Shown: positions 53,986 to 64,000 of the stretch, one piece after another
Numbering within the stretch: the first letter of the stretch is position 1
How the letters are laid out: each line of letters begins with the position of its first letter
The notes under the pieces: generated by a model
Told to the model about the DNA's origin: nothing
The model's input: the letters and a program-made list of their open reading frames with translations, nothing else
The model's database searches: none
Assembly (NCBI RefSeq): GCF_000143415.4
Contig: NW_003314389.1
Coordinates: forward strand, 270,892 to 334,891
Source: Selaginella moellendorffii
Lineage: Eukaryota; Plantae; Lycopodiophyta
DNA length: 64,000 nucleotides
Reading direction: 5' to 3'
Program-made: the position numbers and the translations under genes

Positions 53986-54159
53986 ACACCCAGTTTGTAA
54001 CTTCGCCGCCAACTCCGCCGCCCACTCCGCCACCCACACGCAGCCCACTTGGCGTCCCGGGAGATTTCAGCGCCAGAGTAGCCTTGCTGCTACGATCCGC
54101 TGCACACACAGTGCACATTCGCCAGCGAGTCCGGTTGTCACGCCTCCATTCGGCTTCAA

Positions 54160-57100
54160 ATGGTAAGTCTTTTAGGCCAAGTAGAAAATGGCATGAGGCC
54201 ACATGCCATTCAGTAGCAACATTGGCATGCACCGATTGGGCTCTCGAGTGCAGTCCGGTTACAGATGGCGTGTAGCCTCACGCCATCTTAGGATGCAGCC
54301 TCAAGACATCTGATGCAGTGGTGAATGGCGTGTGGCCTCACGTTATTTCCAGCTACTAGCTTTTCATCTGTCAGCTCTAATTGTTGTGCATTTCTGAACA
54401 GGCGAGGAATTGCATTCTTCTTCCAGCCACTGTCAATGTGGATGCAGAGAAGGGGGAGGAGCTCACCAGTTAGACTTTCGAGATGGAAGGCGAGGATCTG
54501 AGGCTGTACAACACAGATGGTGGGAGAAAAGAATGCATGGGGATCCTCATCCAAGTGACAGACACTCCATGCAGTTCCATGCAAGAATATGGACTGGCAC
54601 TTGTGGTAGAGACAGCATCTGCCTTCAAGATCCACCTTGCACATCCTAGCGGCTTCCCGGAGGGGGGCAGCGGCTATGAGGAATTCCTAGAGGGAGTTAG
54701 GGAGAGGTTGTCCAGGAGGCCCACAATTTCAAAGACGCTACGGGTCTATGAAGATCACATGGAATCCACGGACCTCACCTACGGCGATGTTCAAAAACTA
54801 TATTCCAACATTGAGCCGTTGAGAGTGACTCCAGTTCGCGAAGCAAAGGGGAAGGGGGTCGATCTGGAAACTACCTCGAAGCAGAAAAGGGTGGTCAAGC
54901 TCAAGCCGACGTCCGACTCTCCTGCTCCAAAAAAGAAGTTACTCAGTGATGCCATTGCCTCGGGTTCGAACACTACACCCACCAAAAAGAAGAGCCGCAA
55001 AGAGCAGAAAGAGCAAGAAGAGGCAGCAAAAATCGTCGCAGATAATAGTACTTGTTACTATTCCAACAATGTATATACAATCGACGTGAGCCGTATCGAC
55101 ATCCAAAGCAAATACAACCACAGGCTAGTATCTGATGAGTGGGTGGAGAAACTGAAGCAGAAGATGCTGGCAAGTCCAGTAACACCCGACATCGCAGACG
55201 TGATCCCCTACTACCGAACAATGAAGGGCGAGACGAGGTTTCCAAACTTGATCAATAGGAAGGTGTTGGATGATCAGAACATCCGGTTCTATGCCGTCTC
55301 CGGGCAGCATTCTAGCTTGGCGATGCAAGAGATAGTTGTGGATATTATGGTGGGCGAGGAGGTGAAGAAAGTCTTCAAGACAAGAGTTGTCCGCCTGATA
55401 AAAGGCAACTCGCCCCTCCGATCTATCATATACATCTCCCACGCGCAGAATGTCAAGCAAGAAACGTGCTACAAATCGGGTCTGCACGAGACATTGGCAC
55501 GAACACGGAAGCTCTGGGTTCAACTGAAGAAGCCACAAAAACCAGGACAAGGACGTGCACTAGCAACTAGCGCCTGGCAGGTAAGCCTCGTTGCATGTGG
55601 CATAGCATGTGGCCTCACGCCATTTCCATTGCAGGAATTCTCGAGTCTTCTCTCGAAAACACTGGGGGTCAATGACACACTCAGCATCCATAACATACTA
55701 CTCGCGACAAAAGTTGTTTTTGACAAATGGGTAGATGTGCTGAGGAGGTACCATGACGGGGAGTTGCCAAACTCAATGGGTGTGGAGGACGGCCGGAAGC
55801 CCAATGATTTGAAGCTCAACGCCTTGCGTTTCTCGCGGTCTCTAAACGACGACGACCTTCTGACAGTGGCTAATGCTCTTCTACGTGGTGAGGTTGTCTT
55901 CAACAAGACCAAAATGACTCCCGGCCATATTGTGACATACGAGGACTTGTGCACGACTCTGAGAGCTCGTGCGCTATTGAAGGATTGGATCTTCGAGCAA
56001 GTGGCCGTGGAGAGGGTGAGCATCGACACCACGCAAGAGATGATGGAAGCGCTGGAGTTGTCAAATGAAGACATCGACGAGTACGTGAAGGGGGCCCCCA
56101 AGTTCATCGATCTGCTGCGGGATGCCACGAAAAGTAAAGCTAAGAAGTTGGATCAGTATCCAAATTTCATTAAGATTGATGTCGACCGCCGGCTTCAGAA
56201 ACAGCTCGACCCCGCAGCAGAGGCCTATCGAGAACCTTACCGGGTATACTTGAATTCGGATGAGGATCAAAGGTGGAGGAGCATCGTTTCCCGCGGAGAT
56301 GAGCAGGTCAAGAACATCTTTTGTGTGATGGACTTCACAAACGAGGAGATCACTCATGCAGACGAAGTCAGCTCCATCATTGACTTAATGGTGGGACTTG
56401 CGGAGGTGGAATCTTCAGTCCACTATATGATCTACGACTCCGAATCCTATCACAAGTTCTGGAAGGCCTTGAACGAGGTGAAGGCTCGGTTGAAAGGCAA
56501 AGAGATGCGGGAGATCCATGGGATAATGGCTAAGAAGAAAATACCGACGAATGTCCGCATCTTCACACTCGCCCTTGTTATTGGTCCTGCAGCAGAGTGG
56601 GACTGGAGTGACTTCCCAGCTTCATTCGACAAGGCCGATCGAATTGATCTGAGGGAGGTCAATTTACCCGTGCCTGAGGAACTGAAGACGGCTATGGAGC
56701 TTTCGAATCCAGAGAAAGCTCCAGGTGCAGCATGGGAAATGCTCAACTGGGTCTTCAACGCAATAGCGGGTGGGTCACCTGCTTCCGACTCCAAGGGCAA
56801 ATGCGTTGTCGAGTACAACTGCGGCGGACTATTCTTTCGAGCCGCACTACTCAAGGGTGTCCCGTGTGTTGCGGTGACAAACTCCATTGAAGAGGTGACT
56901 TCAATGGAGCATATAATTACAGTTGCCAAAGAAAAATAGTATCTTCTCTGCGAACCTAGTGAGTACGCACTTTAAGTTTAAATGTTATCTCACAAGCTCT
57001 GTATGCAGGAGTGTGGCCACCCCCAGATGCTGAAACGGCGTTAACAGCTACTGTTGAAGATACCCATGTTGGGCCGAGCTCACAACTTGCACAAGGTAAG

Positions 57101-60100
57101 GTCACGTGAGGCCTCACGCCATTTTGATTATAGATCGTTGTGAATATTCAGACACGAGGACTGAAAAGCGCACTGGTGGCGCATCGAAGAAGGACAAACA
57201 GACAAGCAATAGGAAAAAAGGAGGTACAAATTATATTTGCAATGGCGTGTGGTCTCATGCCATTCCTTGCAGGAGACACTTCTTCAAAGGCAAAACAAGC
57301 AAGCACCAGCCAAGTACAACGGACGAGAGGTACCAATCATTTTTGTTATACGTGAATTCTCATGCCATTGCTTCTTGCAGCTCAAATTCCAAAGAGACTA
57401 AGGCAAGCAGCGCAGACCTCACGACAAGAACCTGAAGGTTTGATGGCGTGTGGCCCCACTCAATTAACTAATGTTCTTGCAGATCGCGTCGAGGAAATCG
57501 AACGGAACAACGTGCCTCCAGTGGAGGAGGGGGAGGCCTCGAAGAGTGATAAGGAGAGTTCCGAAACAGGTACGATCATGACATATGGCCCTATGCACTT
57601 ATCTAAGTTTGTATTTCAGGGGAACGAGTTGAACCAATGGAAAACTTTATGAAAGGTAACTAAAAAATATTATGGGATGTTGCATGTGTTGATGCAATAA
57701 TATACAGTTCAAGTGCCAAGGAGATGTCGTGAACCTTGAATTAGGCTACCTACAAAACAACTTTCAGACGCTGTAGACAAAGAGATGGACAACCGACCAG
57801 GGCAGAGGAGGAAGGGTAAAAGCATTTGTATGCTTATCGCGTATGTCCTCATGCTATTTCTGTAGAACGGGTGCATAAAAAACGAAAGCGAAAGGGAATT
57901 GAGGAGCAGGCACCTGAGGATGCCGAAGGCACGACAGAGCCTCCAAGGACGGGAAGTAAAGCGTCATGGTTATTGCGTGGGTCCTCATGCCATTTCTTGC
58001 AGATCAAGCTCAAACTGACAGTGGTCATAAAAAGCGAAAGCACGTTGGACAGTCGTCGGGATCAGAGGCGTTTGATTCGAAAAGGAAGAAGGGCAATGAA
58101 AAGATGATAGGTAATGCCTCACGGTTATGGCGTGTGTGCTCATGCCATTCATTGCAGATCAAGGGCTGAGTGAAAGCAGCCAGTCACCACCTCCTGACTC
58201 AGATTCCTATGGTGGACTCCCCTTCCCCAATCTCAATGGAGAGGTACAATGGATGAGGGATGCTTTTCAAGTCAGGGCCACGTTTTTCTCATCTCGTCGT
58301 CTTCGAAGGGTGCAAGAACGTGCAGAAACCATGTTAAGACAGTCGGGTGAGGATACGGTCCTAGGTCACGCACTAAAACAGGCTATGGATGTCTTGTATT
58401 TTGAGATGGAGATTGGGCCAGATGATTTTCCCAAGATGGTCCTGGAAGAACAAGCCATCCAGCCTGAGCAGCCTATGGAAGAAATGTAGGAGGGGGATGA
58501 GGAGCCAGAGAAAGATAATGAGCAGGAAGAGCAGAAGGACGAAGAGGAGGACAAAGAAGAGGAGGACGAAGAAGAGGAAGATGAAGAAGAGGAGGACGAA
58601 GAGGACTTGGATGGTCCTCACAATGGTGACGATCACAATAACGACGATGACGATGATGACGACGATGGCCAGCCTGAGGTGGCCAAAGAGCAGCGGAGGA
58701 AGGTCATACAAGACAAACCATCAGGTAAATAATAGTACATCCATTCCTAACCTTTTACCATTTCTAACATTGTCCATGTAGGTCGCAGAGCAAATGGTAA
58801 GTAGAGATTATTCAGTTGAATTAAGATACAAACTCTAGCCTTTAGTGTCGAGGAAGGATAGTGCCAAGCAAGGGTCGAAACGTATGTCCAATCCTTCAGA
58901 ATCAGCAGTGCGCCCAAGTGATATTGGTCCTAGTTCCTCAATAGCAGTTGATGGTAAATACAGTATAGTCGATTCAATGTGCTAATGAGTTTGTTTTTAG
59001 TAGCACGGGAGGATACCATCTCAATCGAAGGGAGATATTTGGACATGCATATGGATCCGCCAGTGGACTCTACTTGCCTGTAAGAGTCATCAGAACTGGT
59101 GGAGGCTACTATCCATATCAACGCCAAGCAAGCTGACCACGCTCCACTTGATGCTGCCCATACCACTGAGTCAATCTTGTCCACGTATCCAACTGACGGT
59201 GACCAGGCGCCATTGGACCCGCATGAGGCCGCCCCAGCCGTCGAGCCGGTCGTATCCTCATTTCCAACGGACTCAACGTGTGCCCAATCGTCTGACTATG
59301 CGCCGTTGGAACCTCCCTACACCGCCCTTGCTGCCTGTTCGGTCATGTCCACTTTGCCAACGGAGGCACCAACTGAAATGGCGTGTGATCACACGCCATC
59401 AGAACCACCCCATGCCACTATTGAGCCAGTTGTACCAGAGTCTACAGCTGAAATGGCATGTGCCCACACGCCATCGGATGCGATTGACCCCAACCTTTAC
59501 AGCTCCACTAGCACCATCTTCAGCACCACCATCGACAATGGGGAGTTGCTAAACTCAATGGGTGTGGAGGACGGCCGGAAGCCCAATGATTTGAAGCTCA
59601 ACGCCTTGCGTTTCTCGCGGTCTCTAGACGACGACGACCTTCTGACAGTGGCTAATGCTCTTCTACGTGGTGAGGTAGTCTTCAACAAGACCAAAATGAC
59701 TCCCGGCCATATTATGACATACGAGGACTTGTGCACGACTCTGAGAGCTCGTGCACTATTGAAGGATTGGATCTTCGAGCAAGTGGCCGTGGAGAGGGTG
59801 AGGATCGACACCACGCAAGAGATGATGGAAGAGCTGGAGTTGTCAAATGAAGACATCGACGTACGTGAAGTACGTGAAGGGGGCCCCCAAGTTCATCGAT
59901 CTACTGCGGGATGCCACGAAAAGTAAAGCTGAGAAGTTGGATCAGTATCCAAATTTCATTAAGAGGGATGTCGACCGCCGGCTTCAGAAACAGCTCAACC
60001 CCGCAGCAGAGGCCTATCGAGAACCTTACCGGGTATACTTGAATTCGGATGAGGATCAAAGGTGGAGGAGCATCGTTTCCCGCGGAGATGAGCAGGTCAA

Positions 60101-63100
60101 GAACATCTTTTGTGTGATGGACTTCACAAACGAGGAGATCACTCATGCAGACGAAGTCAGCTCCATCATTGACTTAATGGTGGGACTTGTAGAGGTGGAA
60201 TCTTCAGTCCACTATATGATCTATGACTCCGAATCCTATCACAAGTTCTGGAAGGCCTTGAACGAGGTGAAGGCTCGGTTGAAAGGCAAGGAGATGCGGG
60301 AGATCCATGGGATAATGGCTAAGAAGAAGATACCGACGAATGTCCGCATCTTCACACTCGCCCTTGTTATTGGTCCTGCAGCAGAGTGGGACTGGAGTGA
60401 CTTCCCAGCTTCGTTCGACAAGGCCAATCGAATTGATCTGAGGGAGGTCAATTTACCCGTGCCTGAGGAACTGAAGACGGCTATGGAGCTTTCGAATCCA
60501 AAGAAAGCTCCAGGTGCAGCATGGGAAATGCTCAGCTGGGTCTTCAACGCAATAGCGGGTGGGTCACCTGCTTCCGACTCCAAGGGCAAATGCGTTGTCG
60601 AGTACAACTGCGGCGGACTATTCTTTCGAGCCGCACTACTCAAGGGTGTCCCGTGTGTTGCGGTGACAAACTCCATTGAAGAGATGACTTCAATGGAGCA
60701 TATAATTACAGTTGCCAAAGAAAAACAGTATCTTCTCTGCGAACTTGGTGAGTACACACTTTAAGTTTAAATGTTATCTCACAAGCTCTGTATGCAGGAG
60801 CGTGGCCACCCCCAGATGCTGAAACGGCGTTAACAGCTACTGTTGAAGATACCCATGTTGGGCCGAGCTCACAACCTGCACAAGGTAAGGTCACGTGAGG
60901 CCTCACGCCATTTTGATTATAGATCGTTGTGAATATTCAGACACGAGGACTGAAAAGTGCACTGGTGGCGCATCGAAGAAGGACAAACAGAAAAGCAATA
61001 GGAAAAAAGGAGGTACAAATTATATTTGCAATGGCGTGTGGTCTCATGCCATTCCTTGCAGGAGAAACTTCTTCAAAGGCAAAACAGGCAAGCACCAGCC
61101 AAGCTCAAACTGACAGTGGTCATAAAAAGCGAAAGCACGTTGGACAGTCGTCGAGATCAGAGGCGTTTGATTCGAAAAGGAAGAAGGGCAACGAAAAGAT
61201 GATAGGTAATGCCTCGCGGTTATGGCGTGTGTGCTCATGCCATTCATTGCAGATCAAGGGCTGAGTGAAAGCAAGCAGTCACCACCTCATGACTCAGATT
61301 CCTATGGCAGACTCCCCTTCCCCAATCTCAATGGAGAGGTACAATGGATGAGGGAAGCTTTTCAAGTCAGGGCCACGTTTTTCTCATCTCGTCGTCTTCG
61401 AAGGGTGCAAGAACGTGCAGAAACCATGTTAAGACAGTCGGGTGAGGATACGGTCCTAGGTCACGCACTAAAACAGGCTATGGATGTCTTGTATTTTGAG
61501 ATGGAGACTCGGCCAGATGATTTTCCCAAGATGGTCCTGGAAGAACAAGCCATCCAGCCTGAGCAGCCTATGGAAGAAATGCAGGAGGGGGATGAGGAGC
61601 CAGAGAAAGATAATGAGCAAGAAGAGCAGAAGGACGAAGAGGAGGACAAAGAAGAGGAGGACGAAGAGGACTTGGATGGTCCTCACAATGGTGACGATCA
61701 CAATAACGACGACGACGATGATGACAACGATGGCCAGCCTGAGGTGGCCAAAGAGCAGCGGAGGAAGGTCATACAAGACAAACCATCAGGTAAATAATAA
61801 TACATCCATTCCTAACCTTTTACCATTTCTAACATTGTCCATGTAGGTCGCAGAGCAAATGGTAAGTAGAGATTATTCAGTTGAATTTACAAACTCTAGC
61901 CTTTAGTGTCGAGGAAGGATAGTGCCAAGCAAGGGTCGAAACGTATGTCCAATCCTTCAGAATCAGCAGTGCGCCCAAGTGATATCGGTCCTAGTTCCTC
62001 AATAGCAGTTGATGGTAAATACAGTATAGTCGATTCAATGTGCTAATGAGTTTGTTTTTAGTAGCACGGGAGGATACCATCTCAATCGAAGGGAGATATT
62101 TGGACATGCATATGGATCCGCCAGTGGACTCTACTTGGCTGCAAGAGTCATCAGAGCTGGTGGAGGCTACTATCCATATCAACGCCAAACAAGCTGACCA
62201 CACTCCACTTGATGCTGCCTATACCACTGAGTCAATCTTGTCCACGTATCCAACTGACAGTGACCAGGTGCCATTGGACCCACATGAGGCCGCCCCAGCC
62301 GCCGAGCCGGTCGTATCCTCATTTCCAACGGACTCAATGTGTGCCCAATCGTCTGACTACGCGCCGTTGGAACCTCCCTACACCGCCCCTACTGCCTGTT
62401 CGGTCATGTCCACTTTGCCAACGGAGGCACCAGCTGAAATGGCGTGTGATCACACGCCATCGGAACCACCCCATGCCACTGTTGAGCCAGTTGTACCAGA
62501 GTCTACAGCTGAAATGGCATGTGCCCACACGCCATCGGATGCGATTGACCCCACATTGCAGAGGAGAGTATTTCCGCCCTTCACGTTTCCTCGACCAAAA
62601 CCCTCTCAACGACCATCGGGAGCAACATTCGCTAATATTGTAGATGGTAAAATTGACTTGTACCATTTTTTATGCTGACGCATTTCATTTCAGAGTCACG
62701 GTGAAGGTACTGTATCGTTTTTGATCTAAACGGTGTCCTTTTCTCCCATGAGCGTGGCTCGTCCTCGAATGTCATTGCACCCTCCAAAGCCTGCGGTCGC
62801 AAGTTGGTCAAAAGAGACAGATTCACATTAATCACACGGGAGAAACTGCGGGATCTAATAATGACCATGCGACACTTAAAACAGAGGGCCGGGTTCAATT
62901 TGCAATTGGGAGTTTGGACATCCATGATGCGCCACAATGCATTAACGTTGCTACAGATGATGCACGATCAGACGCGAGTAATATTACCATTTGACTTTCT
63001 CCTAACGCAGGAGGATTGCTTGACTATGGTCCATGTGAGGGGTAGCAAGCCCATCTTCGTCAAGCCAGAGGCTGTAGTGATGAACCGGACTGCTAGCTCA

Positions 63101-63556
63101 AGTGAAATCCTCATCATCGATGACTCGCCGATTAAAACTGCAGCGAACACGCACACATATGCAGTGCACCCCATCTCTTGCAGTATGGAAACTAGGGAGA
63201 AGAAACCGTATGTTCTGGGGGACCTTGCAAAACGGCTTGGAGCGATGGTGATAGAGAACCGGCCAGTCCAGGAGGTGGCTGCAGAAATCAACCAAATGGC
63301 AGATGGAACGGTATATCAGAAGCCATTTGATCGGACAGACACCAGTCATCATTTATGGCATGTATATTGTCTAGCCAAGCACTATCCGCATCTCCATAAT
63401 CTGCTCAACCGGATGGGTTCTTCGACCACTGAACATGAGCGTGGACGTATTAGAGAAGAGATGGCATTACTATTGGGTTTAAATCCTGATAGTGTGGAGA
63501 GTGATGAAATTCCAAGATTATTGTATAGGCGTTGGAGGCAAAAAATAACAGTCTGA
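54160..63556 (+). CDS. Multi-exon transposon cargo gene: ParB/Srx-like + degenerate N4/N6 DNA-MTase-like + low-complexity linker + NIF/FCP1-like HAD domain (this copy has point stops and an internal duplication)
   Basis: ATG 54160, intron 54163-54401, 818-aa ORF with in-frame intron 55581-55634, then 14 phase-1 GT-AG introns keeping frame up to the DLNGVL/WTS/IIDDSP domain ending at TGA 63554-63556. Confidence 0.8.
59538..62552 (+). repeat. Internal tandem duplication of cargo-gene segment 55756-59490 (second unit lacks ~690 bp)
   Basis: Sequence restarts at GGGGAGTTGCTAAACTCAATG; ORFs 59847-60764 and 61222-61797 duplicate earlier ones. Confidence 0.9.
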
Positions 63557-64000
63557 GATGGCATGTATTTATTTAAAAATGTAACTTATTATGGCATGGT
63601 GTTCCATGCAATTGTATTAATATTAAAAGACAATTCTTTGAGAGGATTTGCATTATACTAGAAGTGTTACAGCATGTTATTGGAAGTCTACGAAGTTGTT
63701 TTATTAATAATGGGAAAGTAAAGATTGAATGGGGACTTGGGCTCCACCTAGACTCGGAGCAACTGAGCCAATATTAAAAGGATGGAAGGAAATTGGACGA
63801 CGATGACAAAGAGAAGAGAGAGGTGAAGCAGTGGCAGGGGGAGGAGAAGTGATTGAGTAGACATTTCCTTGTTTAAAATAAAATGGCATGTGCCTCAATG
63901 CAGTTGAATTTTGTTATATTTATATACTATATAAAGGTTTGGAAACCTTATTTTACAAGTGGGATAATGACAATTCCCACTTTAACGAAATAGAGCTTCT

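Larger units (their letters stand above)
48448..63996. mobile_element. TIR DNA transposon, copy 2 (15.5 kb, with internal tandem duplications), inverted relative to copy 1
   Basis: TIRs GCTCTATTTCGTTAAAGTGGGA at 48448-48469 and its reverse complement at 63975-63996; high identity to 2048-11280. Confidence 0.93.

Noticed and set aside
57096-58157. CRISPR-like appearance of palindromic repeats separated by unique sequence
   Set aside because: Spacing is irregular, repeats are degenerate, the 'spacers' are exons, there are no cas genes, and the context is eukaryotic.

Overview
Plant nuclear repeat-rich DNA with no recognisable host gene. Arabidopsis-type TTTAGGG repeats, a Cassandra-like 5S-carrying TRIM and ~50-nt introns suggest a seed-free vascular plant, but that is inference. 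About 37 kb of nested, decayed Ty3/Gypsy chromovirus elements lie between two oppositely oriented copies (2048-11280 and 48448-63996) of a large DNA transposon with 22-bp TIRs (GCTCTATTTCRTTAAAGTGGGA). The transposon carries two divergent genes. Gene 1 is a DDD/E transposase (Sola/DUF7869-like motifs) with an N-terminal En/Spm-Tnp1-like domain; the two copies have complementary deletions that together rebuild it. Gene 2 is a ~16-intron cargo gene that splices a ParB/Srx-like domain, a degenerate beta-class DNA amino-methyltransferase-like domain, a low-complexity linker and an FCP1/NIF-type HAD phosphatase-like domain into one protein. A dyad-symmetric 22-bp site, ATGGCRTG-N6-CAYGCCAT, is scattered through the element (about 30 sites in the long copy, many inside tiny phase-1 introns) and was not seen in the retroelements. 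The best candidate novel system is therefore a transposon-encoded ParB-like protein plus dispersed parS-like palindromes, possibly a self-marking or anti-silencing module. A second oddity is a chromovirus whose integrase carries two spliceosomal introns. All domain calls are by-eye motif matches, not database results.
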